A stretch of 64,000 nt of DNA from Nageia nagi (taxonomy: Eukaryota; Plantae; Pinophyta), in contig JBITNC010000001.1 in NCBI GenBank assembly GCA_050084985.1, positions 96,410,001 to 96,474,000 on the forward strand, read 5' to 3'. The notes below the pieces were generated by a model that had not been told where the DNA came from, did not search any database, and saw only the letters and a program-made list of their open reading frames with translations. The position numbers and the translations under genes are program-made. Below are positions 13,830 to 26,642 of this stretch, in pieces (the stretch's first letter is position 1; every line of letters starts with the position of its first letter).

Positions 13830-16405
13830 TTTAGTTTGGTAAGAAATTAGAAGAATCTTCTCCACACATTATCACTAATGTTGAAAATGATGATGAAGAG
13901 AAGCTAATGGAACAACTTAAACAATATAAGAATTCTAACCAAAAGGATATTGTACCATACTTTGAAAGGTTGGTAGAAAAACCCCAAGATGAAGAATATG
14001 AGCTATAAAAAGAGTTAAGAAAATTGAACATCTCTATACTTGTCTTACAGGAAATCAAAGAAGTCCTTGAACTTAACATGTCAGTAAAGAATCTCTATAT
14101 TTAGAAGGGATGTAGGAGAAGAAAGGATGTATCCCAAAATCATCCAAGTGGATGATAAATTAACCAATATATTAGTAATAAATTTGATAAATCCTAAGTA
14201 TGGTGATCCAAGTATCCCATTCATAACAATATCTATTGGAATCACCAAAATTTAGAATGTGTTAGTGGATTTTGGGGCAACAATAAATGTGATAATAATG
14301 GATATATCTAAAGATTAACCTTGTATGACATACACCCTACTTCAACTATATTGAAAATTGTACATTAGTGAGTAGCTAAACCATAATTTATAATGGAATA
14401 TGTTCAAATAAATATGGATTCTTGGAATTATCCAGCAGATTTTTTGATTTTGAAAACAAATGCAACACATTGGTTATCTAGTAATCCTAAGAAGGCTATG
14501 ATTAGCTACTACAAATGTATTTATAAACTATCAATTAGGAAACATGATAATTTCTAATGGGTATAATTCAAGAACACTCTCTTTATATCCCCTTACTCAT
14601 CCCTCTCTTGACTATTAAGGATGTTTGTGGGATGTTGATGAACTAGAATTTGGTGAACAAGAGACATTTGGAGTATTAGCCACCATAACCATCAAGGAAC
14701 ATATGGAGGAACTATAGGAAAAATTTGAGTTATTAATATAAACAACAACTTGAATAATATGAGGTAAATGAAGAGACATTAATTGTTAGTTTATAAGATG
14801 TTGTATTTAACATTCCATCTCATGAACAACCTCACTTTTTGTCATTATTTAAATGTCCTTTTGACTCATATAATTTCAAAATGAGAAGCTTTTAGGGAGA
14901 GAAAAAATGTATTTCATTCACTATTTCCATAATATTATCCTTTGAATCATCTAGTTCAACTTCCAAAATAAGATAATTTAACCAAATAAGGGATAAGTGG
15001 TTGACATTAGAGGGAGGGAAACATGGGTTTAGGGTTTTGATATCACATACTAAATCATTTGCATGGGAATATTCATACATAAAAGGTATCCCCTTAAAAT
15101 TTGTACTCACCACATCTATATTGATAGGTGAAAACCTATTACTAGCCACCTAAAAGAGTAAATCCAACTTTGAGAGATAGAATAAAAATATAATTTGAAA
15201 AACTATTGAAAGTGAGATTTATTTATCCAATGTTAGATAGTAGATGGGTTTCAATTTTGGTAATTATGCCTAAAAAAATGGGAAATGGTGAGTATACGTG
15301 GATTCTTGAATGTTGAATAAAGCAACATAGAGAACATTTTCCACTACCATTCATTGACTAGGTACTAGATACCCTTGTTGGTAAGAAATAATTTTGATTT
15401 CTTGATTGATTTGGTGGTTATAGTTAGAATAACAATTATGTGGAAATTTATATGGATGAATTTACAGTCCATGGAAACACATTTGAAGAAGCATTAAATA
15501 AATTTGTGAAAGTATTTATTAGATGTAAAGCACACAATTTTTCTCTCAACTATGAAAAGTGATTTATGCTTATGTAGGAAGGCATTGTTTTGGGCCATCA
15601 CATTTCATCATAAGCAATTAAGGTAGATCCAAAGAAATTTGGAATCATCAAGTAGTTGTCTACTCCAAAAAACTAGTTTGATGTAAGGATATTTCTTAGA
15701 ATGATGGTTATTACAAAAGATTCATTGAAAAATTTAGTAAGATTGTAGCCCCTTTAACCTATTTACTTCACAAAGATAGTGAGTTCAAATGGACAACAAA
15801 ATGTGAGGAAACACTCCAAATAATTAAGGAGAAACTAATGAATACTCCTATTTTGAGAGGAACAAATTGGGAGTTATCTTTCCACATCCATATTGATGCA
15901 TCAAACATTACAATTGGAGCAATGTTAGGAAAAGATGATCATAATAAATCCCACTATGCAATTTATTATATCAATAAGTTATGGTGGGGGATGGAAAGAG
16001 TTATACCAAATTGGGAGTTGTCTTTTCACATCCATATTGATGCATCAAACATTACAATTGGAGTAGTGTTAGGACAAATGATCATAATAAATTCCACTAT
16101 ACAATTTATTATATCCATAAAATATGATGAGGAATGAAAATAATTATACCAAACTAGAAAAGGAATTATTATATGTGGTGTATGATATCAACAAATTTTA
16201 ACACTACATTACTAGATTTGAGGTCTTTATACACATTGATCATGCAAACATGAGGTACTTAATGAATAACCTAATTGTAAGTGGAAGAATCATAATATGG
16301 TTATCACTAATACAAGAATTTAATGTAATTATTATTGATAAAATTAGAAAGGCAAATGTTATGATAAACTTATTATCAAGATTGAATAATTTTAGAGATG
16401 ACAGT
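13830..16405 (+). pseudogene. Athila-like Ty3/Gypsy gag-end/protease/RT/RNase H relic, truncated before the integrase
   Basis: PKYGDPSIPFITISIG...NVLVDFGATINV (~14190-14295), AWEYSYIKGIP (15061), HFPLPFID*VLD (~15335), YVEIYMDEFTVHG (~15436), FHIHIDASNITIGAML (15838..16137) and SGRIIIWLSLIQEF (16250..16447). Confidence 0.85.
15863..16153 (+). repeat. ~144-bp tandem duplication of the RNase H N-terminus
   Basis: CAAATTGGGAGTT at 15863 and 16007; NWELSFHIHIDASNITIG appears twice in ORF 15838..16137. Confidence 0.9.
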
Positions 16406-19140
16406 TATAATGTTCCAATAGTTATCCCCTTCATGCAATCAAAATAAGGGTATACAAAATTGAAACCAAACCAATTTAAAATTACACACTAGGAACATAT
16501 TGAGTATGGGAAAACACATAAGGTTTTACAAACAAATGGATTGGATTTCCCCACCATATTCTATTTAAATAACAAGCATTGATAAACTAGGCTCAATTTG
16601 GAAAAACTTCCTCCCCCATGTTTTCACTAAACATAAGTCAATTATATAACACTTGGATTTTAAAATAGAATCAATTTAAATAAAAAAATCAAAATAAAAA
16701 GGCATTTCCCCTTGGTTGATATTATTTTGCAAAAATATGACATGCCTTAGGTTTCTCATAGCAATGAAAGTGAAAATGAAAAGAGAAAACAAGTAAAGAA
16801 ATGAAATGGAGGACTTACCATGTGGTCAGCTAGAGAACTCCAAAGATACTTGGTAGGGCTTATTTTAATATCCCCTCCATGAAACTCTATTAGAAAATAT
16901 TTGGCAAATTTGGATAAAAAATATTTTGAAAATATCAATGATTTTGGAAATTTTTGGAAAATAATGGCTATTTTGGAAATTGTTTAAAAATATTGGTGAT
17001 TCAAATTAGAAAATTAAAAAAATTTGGAAACTTTTGATGAATTGGGCCTTTTTAAAACCCTAAAAATATCCATCTCCAATGTTTAGGATCATTAAAATTC
17101 ACCTATTAATGTATATTTGTGGTTAAAATGAACCCTGATACTTGGCCATGTGACCATGTCTCCTAACCAATGGCCTCTCTATAGGTCACCAATCTACCAT
17201 ATAATTGATAAAAATGCATAATTTATGGTAAAATGATAGCTATAGGGATCCATTTTGCAAATGGAACAACAAGAAATGGTTAAAAGATGATCCTCATCAG
17301 AAAACATGTAGATAAAAGGGATTATTGATAGAGAGATCTAGGTAAGTAAGGGAGAGATGTGATAATGATAATGACTTTTGTCTTTTACCTCTTTTTCTTA
17401 TCAATTTTTATTCTAAACCCTAGGTATGTTCCTATTTTAAATTTTCATAAAATAGTACATGGAAAATACACTTTCAATGCTTTTTCGAGTAACAAATTAT
17501 ATTATCTTCATGAGATTTCTTTTTAAAAACTAGTTTCACGAATTTCACGATGTCCATGTCCTTTGTGTACATGTTATTTTAAGTTAAGAGGGGAAAGATA
17601 ATTATTTCACTAAATACTTTATATGAAAATACCATTATTTCATAAATATAATCTCGAATGATGATCATGATCAAGTTTGCAAAAGATAACTTTTGCTAAT
17701 TCTACAAAAATCAAATTATCAATAGTGTGCAAAATAATATCTTTAGGACATTAGCTTCATAAAATCTTCATGGTTTTTATTTGAAAAATATATATATTTA
17801 ATGAATTAAGGCCATTATATCCTCAAATATTTGCTATATGATGACAACATTGCATATGTTTATCTCATGATTACTTTTTCATAAAAAATGCATGTTGTAC
17901 TAATGACATTTCAAGATTCTAAGCCATAGAAATCCTATGAGCACAAAATTCAAAATTGTAGGTTAACATGATCACAATTTTCCTCTTACAAGCTTGGGTA
18001 ATATTATTACCTCATTAGCTTAATGATTGTAGACTATGAGTTGCAACAGCAATAGTATACCAAAGAATGTTATATTAATTTCATCCTTGCTCTTTATTTT
18101 GAATATTGTTATCATGGTTTTCATTTATAGAAGTATTATATATTTTATTTCCATAGATAATGCTATAGATTAGGGCCTCCATGATACTTAAAATATCCCT
18201 CCACACATAAGATGTCATTTTGGTCCTGATTACCCCATAAAAGTCATTGCAAAGGGAAATTAAAGTCCAAAAGGGGGAAAAAGAGATATCATATTCAACA
18301 TACAAATTATGAAAGGGAAGTTAACTTTGACTTTAAAAATTTTCCACTCCATTAAACTTCTTTGGATTATGCAATATTAATGCTTTTCATTTCATATCGA
18401 AAGAGGAGTAAAATGTAGATACTTAAAATTGATTTATTATTTATTTAATAAATCATATTTTAGATTTCTATTAAGTATTAAAAAGCAATATTACATAATT
18501 CAAGATAAATTTGATATTACAATGCAATGCTATGTGTTATATTAAATACAATATCATTTACCATGGTTCATATTTTAAAGTATCTTAAATACAAAGATTA
18601 TATTATTGCTATAAGTTGGCTTTTACTCCTTTCTATTTTCTTGAGGTTATAAATATAGGAGTTGGAAGTTGACATCCACATTGGATATCTCTAATAGGTG
18701 GTTGACCCTTACATCATACTTTTGGTATCTCTTGATGCCATATATTCGAAAGATATATTATGCTTTAAGCTTTATTACATGCTATAATTTTACATGTGAT
18801 ATGATTCTATAGGTCTCATAATGTTAGTATTATAGAACTCATACATCATAGATGAAATGCATATTTGCAAATCAAAGCTAGAAACAAAAGAGGCAACAAT
18901 AGTTGATTCACATGATCCATCATTATCAAAAAATTCATTTATGATACAATCCAATCCTCTATGTTCCCTTTCCATACCTTGAGTATTGTAACATCATAGT
19001 TAGGTGCACACTTTTCATTTATTTATTTGTATATTTGAATAAGTATCATCCTTGTAGAATTATTTTGTGTTTATATTTTTTATTTACACAATTTACTCTC
19101 TACAACTATAATCAATTTATTCTAACTTTTTGTTAATAAG

Positions 19141-19387
19141 CACAAGATCAATAGAGCCCTAATACAACATCAAAGTATATGTAAATAGAGTTCAAATGAT
19201 TAGTAACCATGTTAAATTCATTCAAGTGATCATTAAGAGATCCACCTTCACCCATTTTCATGTTAAACAATTTCATAAGGAATACCTTATTCAAAGTTAT
19301 GAGTTTTTCATACAAATTGACCAAAGTTACCATGAGGTATTTGGTTATATTTCCTTTGGAGATAGTGAAGGCCATTATGGCTCTTAG
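19141..19387 (-). pseudogene. Isolated Ty1/Copia gag (UBN2-type, Tnt1/Tork-like) fragment
   Basis: LYEKLITLNKVFLMKLFNMKMGEGGSLNDHLNEFN (ORF 19148..19375). Confidence 0.8.
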
Positions 19388-21074
19388 GCATAACCTACTA
19401 GACCAAAAGAGGTTTTGGGGGAGGTTTTAAACCATCACCTTTTATTTTTTTTCAATGGTTATCTTCCTATCACCTATGAGCCTGCCACCAAAAGTCCCTT
19501 TTATATGGGAAAACTAATAACTATTGGTATATCACACTTGAAATTACCTTCTAATATCATACAGAGGTGGTTATAAACTATTGCTCTATTAACAATGCGA
19601 GTAGATATAACTTCCCCTCAACCTACCTCATTATTTTGTAAAGTGGTAGTTTGAGCCATCACTTTATAGATATGAGCAATAGTTTAAAATCATCACATAG
19701 TTATCATATTTAAAAAAAATATTACATAGCCTTGAAGCATTATTCCAAATGGAAGAGTGCTTCAAGCTACACCATCCTTGGTTACCCAAGGAACTCAAGC
19801 TCAATCATAGCAAGCCTAATTATGATGCTGGCCATGGAATCCTGAATAAAATTTAAATTTGATGAGCTACCCTACATGTTATTAAATTTTTTGAATGATG
19901 GTTTGGTATTCAATTTTACCTATCAAATGTAATATTATATATCTATATATAATATTTAATCTATTAATTAATATATTATATATATAAAATTTTACGGGTA
20001 ATAATTGCATTTAAATTACACAGATGATGTTTATTTTTAAATTATGGCCATATTTGATGGGAAAAAATGCCAAAAACATCTAAATGGGTATCAAATTTAA
20101 ATCATGCTCTTGAAGGAAGTCCCAATGGAACTAACTAGATCATTATATATATATTTATATATATGTGTGTGTGTATGTATGTATATATATTATTATATAT
20201 ATTCTATATGCAAATGATGAAGTTGGTAAAAATATGCTTGTAATACTTTGTAACTATTCAACCTAGAAATTTAAATGCTATGTTGTATTATCTCCATAAT
20301 AAGCATAATAAGATATCTTTCTCTAAGATAACCTATTCAAAACGTTATGAATTAGAATATCTCAATAGATTTATCATTGTTATGTTACCACACACAACCA
20401 AATTGGATGCTTGAAATATATTATATGAAATGATCCAAGTCCACCATATGTTAAGAAATTGTGGACTTTTAAGAAAATGTATGATGCAAGACTTGGGAAT
20501 TATTTGACAAGATGTATGATATAAAAATATAGTTTCATTATCTATAATGATTGTAAGATATAAACACATGATGCAAGGCCTAGGAATTGTTTGAGAAGAT
20601 GCATGATGCAAACACTATTTTTTGGAAGCTTAATAAGATTCAAATATTCTCAAATGATAAAAAATACCAATATTATGATCAAGGGTCACATAATCATGCT
20701 CAAATGATTCAAATATGCTCTACAATTTCAATTATTTCTCAAATGATTTAAATATGCTCTATAATACTACTACCATAATATTTCAATTTACAAGCACCAA
20801 GCATACCACTTACATTGAGGTAATTTAAAACCTTTGCATATTAAATTAATAAAGAAAATAAAAGGGAATAATTGGGAGAATGCTTTTAGGATATGCCATG
20901 CTCAGTTTCTCAAGGCACTTGAGATCAATATAATGAGCCCAATCAAAGTGCTGGCCATGGATTCTTGAAGGATGACCTAGTCAAACTTACGAGTCTTGTT
21001 CAATTTTTTACAAGTGCAACATATTGAAATGATTTAAATGCTCTAATAATGAAAATAAAATGATCTAAGTACAC

Positions 21075-21076
<2 letters not shown>

Positions 21077-21103
<27 letters not shown>
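21077..21103. repeat. (AT)n microsatellite
   Basis: Perfect AT run of about 13 units. Confidence 0.95.
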
Positions 21104-21106
<3 letters not shown>

Positions 21107-21737
21107 TATATAATTAATGATTATGAAATGATCCAAATGCACCATTACATGAAATGATATGAAGCATCTAAGTTGGTGTTGTAATTAACATCATGAATAA
21201 TGCTAAAGCATAACTATGACATATCTACTGAAAGCTTGTAAGTGTAGCTAGCCCTGACTATTCAACCCATAAATTTGTCAAAAACCAATCTAAAAGTGGT
21301 AAGTTGGTAAAAACATGCTTGTAATACCTAGTCACATAGAGAAAGATTTGAGCATAATTTAATCTATAGTGCATATTTAAATCATTTGAGCATAATTATA
21401 GAGCATATGATATGAATCTTATTTCACTTATATTTAAATAATGACCTATGATATGAAATATTTTAAATACAATATATGATCCAAAAATTACCATGAATAT
21501 GTAAAGAAACTATTTAACCCAAAAACATTCTAAGCATTAAAAACTATTCCAAAAGTGGTAAGTTGACTAAAATCTACCTTTTTTAGGTTTGTACAAGCTA
21601 CTAAGCTACCAGTCATGCTTACATAAATGTACCCAGCTAAAGATGAAAGTTTACTTTGATCCATGCCAAGATAAATAATGATTTTTATACTTAAAAATAT
21701 GTCTCTACTAATAATATTAAACCCTTTGATATGATGA

Positions 21738-23230
21738 AGCACTTGAATTCAATGCCAAATACACTCATAGAATGGAAAATAAGTCATATTCTCCTACTGA
21801 GCATGACTTGCTTTGCATGATGCAAATAGTTTCATGGTATATAATAAATGAAAATAATTTCATGGTATATAATAAATGCAAATAATTTCATGGTTTATAA
21901 TTATTTTAGGATACATACAAAAAGGGTTTTCTAGAAAAGGCCCATAGAAATCTATGCAAAATGTGAAAAAATAAACAAGGCTTGGAAATTGTTCGATAAG
22001 ATGCATGATGCAAATACAATTTTTTGGAATGCAATTATCAAAGGATATGTAATTAATAATATACATGGTAACATTATGAACAATAATGAAGCATAACAAT
22101 TATATATCTACCAAGAACTTGTAAATGTAGCTAGCCCTAACTTATCTAATTTATGATATTTTGAACATGTTATCTAGGGGGAAATACATCCAACCTTTAT
22201 ATCTTAATATGATTATTATGGAGGTAAGATAAAATAATATTGAAAATTTTAGGGTGACCAATGGAACATGTTGTGGGTTCCTTCATTTCCTAGCTTGTAT
22301 CATAATAGTTTCATGGTCTGCAATGATTGCAAGGTATGCACAAAATGAATTTTCTAAAAAAGTCCCATAGATATGTATGCAAAATGTGGAAGAACACACA
22401 AGGCTTGAGAATATGAGCATAATTATATAATTATGCATCTCATGGATAATTTAATAAGAGTCACTCATGCTATTCAAGTATTTATAGTTGTGTGATGTAA
22501 TGAATATTTCTGATTAAGCACTTAATTCAATTCCAAATAGACTCATATAATGGAAAATAAGTTATATTCTCCCCCTGAGCATGAATTGCTTTACATGATG
22601 CAAATAGTTTCATGATATGTAATAAATGAAAATAATTTCATGGTATATAATGATTTTAGGATACATACAAAATGGATTTTCTAGAAAAGGCCTATAAAAA
22701 TGTATGCAAAATGTGAAAAATACACAAGGCTTGGAAATTGTTCAATAAGATGCATGATGCAAATACAATTTCTTGGAATGCAATGATCAAAATATATGTA
22801 ATTCATAACATTCATGGTAACATATGCATAATAATGAAGCATAACAATTATATATCTAATAAGAGCTTGTAAATGTAGTTAACCATGACTTATCTAATTT
22901 ATGATATTTTGAACAGGTTATCCTGGGGGAAATACGTCCAACCTTTATATCTTATTATGTATATTATAAAGGTAATAAAATAATATTTAAATTTTTGGGT
23001 TGAATAATGGAACATATTATGGGTTCCTTCATTGCCTAGTTTTTATCATAATAGTTTCATGGTCTACAATGATTGCAAGGTATGCACAAAATGAATTTTT
23101 GAAAAAGGCTCGTAGATATGTATGTAAAATATGGAAGAATACACAAGGATTGAGAATATGATAATAATTGTATAATTATGCATCTCAATGATAATGCAAT
23201 AAGAGTCACTTATGATATTAAATAATTTAC
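21738..23230 (+). repeat. Tandem duplication of a ~750-780 bp PPR-fragment block
   Basis: AGCACTT(G)AATTCAAT..CAAATA.ACTCATA.AATGGAAAATAAG at 21738 and 22518. The copies are colinear through AATAAGAGTCACT at ~22453 and ~23198. Confidence 0.9.
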
Positions 23231-23959
23231 AACCATATCTGAATGCAAGCTGCATCTTATCAGTAAATGATCATTACATTTACTACAAAATCTAGCTAGC
23301 TTTCAGATATATTCATTCAAATATAGTTTCATGTACTATAATGATCACATGATGTACACAACATGATGCAAATACAATTTCATGGACTATAATGATCATA
23401 GGTTGCAACCATGAGTTATTTTATAAAATACCTCATCGAGATGCAATCTCATGGACTACAATGATTCAAGATATGCACAAAATGAAAGATTATAGAAAGT
23501 ATGTTTACATCAAATAATTCCTAAGCCTTGTAACTTAAAACTACATAACTTAATATCATATGGTATACTTGGATAATTTCATATCATATATTTGAAGTAT
23601 TAATGCTAGTTATGTGGTAACATTGTGAACAATGTTGAGGCATAACTATGATACATCTATTGAGAAGTTCTGAATGTAGCTAGCCCTAACTTATATAATT
23701 CATGATTGTTTGTTCATGTTATCCTTAGAGGAATACATACAACATTTATACTGGAGGAAAGATAACATAGCATTTATATTTTTTGAATTCAATAATTGTT
23801 AAGTATTACAAGTATGTTTTTGCCAATTTACCAATTTTGGACTGGTTTTTGTTACTTAAAGTATAATGTTTGATCATGTAGCTACTTTACACCTAAAAAT
23901 TGCATCTACTTAAAAGTATATATAGTTTTTTTATTTTTTGCATATATTACAATGATAGG

Positions 23960-24870
23960 ATTAATCATTATACATGCATTGTTTACCTTCTTGGTCATGC
24001 AAGCTATCTTGAGGGAGCTTTGAATTTCACCACAAAAATACCCATAAACCCTGAAATGGATGTGTGCATGTATGTACTTGGTGCATGTAAATCAAATATT
24101 ATGGTTCATGCAGACTTTATTGAGGAAGATTTGAAATTCATTGCTAAAATACCCATAAAACTTGAAATGGGTGTATGCATGTAAATTGAATGCTATGGTG
24201 CATGTAGGCTATCTTGAGGGAGATTTAAATTTCGCTACCAAAATACCCATAAACCATGAAATGGGTGTATACATGTGTGTACTTGGTGCTTATAAATATA
24301 ATGTTATGGTTCGTATAGACTATAGTGAGGGAGCATTAAACTTCATTTCCAAATTACCCGTAAAACTTGAATTATGTGTGTGCATGTATCTACTTGGTTC
24401 TTGTAAATTGAATGTTGTGGTTTGTATAGGATATATTAAGAGAACTTAATATGGGTGCTTGTAAATTGAATTGGGTATATGTATGTGTCTCCTTGGTGCT
24501 TGTAAATCAAATATTATGGTTTGTGTAGGCTATCAAAATACCCATAAACCCTAAATTGGGTGTGTGCATATGTCTACTTGGTGCTTGTAAATTGAATGTT
24601 GTGGTTCATGCAAGCTATATTGAGGGAGATTTGAATTTCATTTCCAAAATACTGAAAAACCCTAAATTGAGCATGTGCATGTGTCTACTTGGTGCTTGTA
24701 AATTGAATGTTATGGTTCATGTAGGCTATAAAAATAACCATAACCTCTAAATTGGGTGTATGCATGTGTCTACTTAGTGCTTGTAAATCAAATGTTATGG
24801 TTCATGCAGACTATCTTAAGGAAGCTTTGAACTTCACTACCAAAATATACCCATAAATCTTGAGATGGGT
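23960..24870 (+). repeat. Tandem array (~9 units, 111-bp master period) derived from the PPR S2/E1 motif junction
   Basis: HYTCIVYLLGHASYLEGALNFTTKIPINPEMDVCMYVLGACKS, followed by repeats of VH(A/V)GYLEGDLNF..KIP..PE.GVCMCLLGACKLN. Unit starts (GG of ATGGTTCATG) are near 23993, 24103, 24197, 24308, 24419, 24518, 24603, 24714 and 24799. Confidence 0.9.
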
Positions 24871-25870
24871 GAGTACATGATGCAAATAGAGTTTAATGGC
24901 ATGCAATGATTATAGGATTTATGGGTTTTGTAAAAGAATACAAAAATATACAAAACACAAACATATATATAGAATGCAAAAGAATACTACAAGTTTGCAA
25001 GGTCACAAAATAAAATTCCTACTTGATCCTCCTAGACAACAAGTCTCCTCTCATTTAGTCTCACCACATATCCTCTTGTTTGGTATCCCTTATCCTCTCT
25101 CGTATTGCCACTACATTAAATGGCCCTCTCTCCTTCAACACCTTAGCTCAAAAAACTTGAAATGATGAAAATATTATAAGTAACCTACATAAAGCTCCCT
25201 ATGTGTGCCTTTTCTTAACTTTCTCATTGTCACTAAGGGGCAATTTTTCACCACCATATATATATTTTGTGGAGTGGCTAAAAATTGTCCAACTAAAATC
25301 ACCACTAAAACTTAAAAAAAAAGGTAGTTTAAAACCAACCCATAAAAACTACCTCAAATTAGTTGCCCCCAAAACCCTTTTTTGGTCTAGTGACCTTATC
25401 ATTCCTAATGCCTTTTTATCTATAAATTAACATGAATATAAGAGGATTTAGATAAACAAATTACTAGAATGAAATAAGAATATATGCCACACAAGATGAG
25501 TTAATATTAACATAATACATAGAGAAAATAAAAATGTTAGTCAATTATCCATCTAAGAAACTCAAATAATGGTCAATAATGATCTAAAAAATAATACTCA
25601 TTTAGCCACCCAATCAAATTATCCTTCAAATAGAGAAGCACCTAAAAAAATAATACATATAGTGAATTATGAGTTAGAAATGAAAGAGGAATATAATAAT
25701 AAAGAGGGTTAAATTTTATGAATAGTATATATAAAAAGGAATCATAGATTAAATAACCTCAAATTTGTAGGATCAAAAACTAATAAAAAGAATATAGAAG
25801 AACAAGGCATAACTCTTACTCAAGAAGAGATGATGAAATTATTGCTAAATTTCAATACCCTTTAGGAATA

Positions 25871-26642
25871 ATGATTACTACTATGTATAATGTAAATGGT
25901 TTTGGAAGTTTCCCTAGACAAATGGTTATTTGAATATTAATTCAATAAATGAACATAGTTGTAATGATCCTAAAAGAAACAAGACTAAATGAATGGAATT
26001 TGCAAGGTTATAATAATAAATTTTGGTGAAATGGAGAAATACATTCCCAACTATTGTAGGGAAGGTTAGGAGATATAACCACTACTTGGAACCTATCCAT
26101 TTCCAAGAACTAGGGTTAAAATTACCTATAAGGGTTCTTATAGTATAACTTGGGAACATAGAGTTAGTGTAAATGTAGATGATCATTAATGTATATAGAT
26201 CCAAATCATTAGAAATGCAAAGGTAGAAATAGAAATATATAAAAAGATTTAAAGAGAATTACCCAAGAAATTAGGATAGTAGAGGGAATGACATTCAAAT
26301 TATAAGAGGATGAAAACAATTATAATGAAGATAATATTATAAAGTCTTTTCTATATACGTTTTGACCAAGGAAAACTACTTTCAAATAATTGTATTTACA
26401 AGGAAAGATTCTTGATAGACTAACTTTGGATCACTTTCTAGTATACTTAAAAATTATAATCACAAGTTTAAGATAAATAAATGCCTTTTATTTTGAATAT
26501 TTTTATATTAAAAAAGATTAAATCATGGGTCTCATTTATGATTGGTATGAGTAAGGTAAATACCATGACAACATAATATAAATTTGCATTCACTAACAAT
26601 TAAGATACATAAGATTCAAATCAAATCCATGGAACATACATC
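25871..26642 (+). mobile_element. L1-clade LINE ORF2, 5' part (APE endonuclease), degenerate
   Basis: MITTMYNVNGFGS...MILKETRLN (cf. MKIISWNVRGL...LQETK), GRLGDITTTWN and IINVY. Confidence 0.75.

Larger units (their letters stand above)
20480..23500 (+). pseudogene. Mosaic of PLS-class pentatricopeptide repeat (PPR) gene fragments interleaved with recurring non-PPR modules
   Basis: Manual translation gives ELFEKMHDANTIFW (~20583), YAKCEKINKAWKLFDKMHDANT (~21953), VSWSAMIARYAQNEF (~22308), IDMYAKCGRTHKA (~22367), KLFNKMHDANTISWNAMIK (~22735) and SWTTMIQDMH-like sequence (~23450). Confidence 0.85.

Noticed and set aside
16406-18340. LTR or MITE/MULE ends truncating the Athila-like pol
   Set aside because: The start TATAATGTTCC resembles a decayed TGTAATGTCC, but no matching end, TIR pair or TSD was found.
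23960-24870. CRISPR-like array
   Set aside because: The units are contiguous diverged repeats with no unique spacers, they translate as PPR motifs, no cas genes are present and the context is eukaryotic.
20480-24930. Functional PPR editing-factor gene
   Set aside because: Multiple stops and frameshifts, missing L motifs, and no complete E2/DYW domain.
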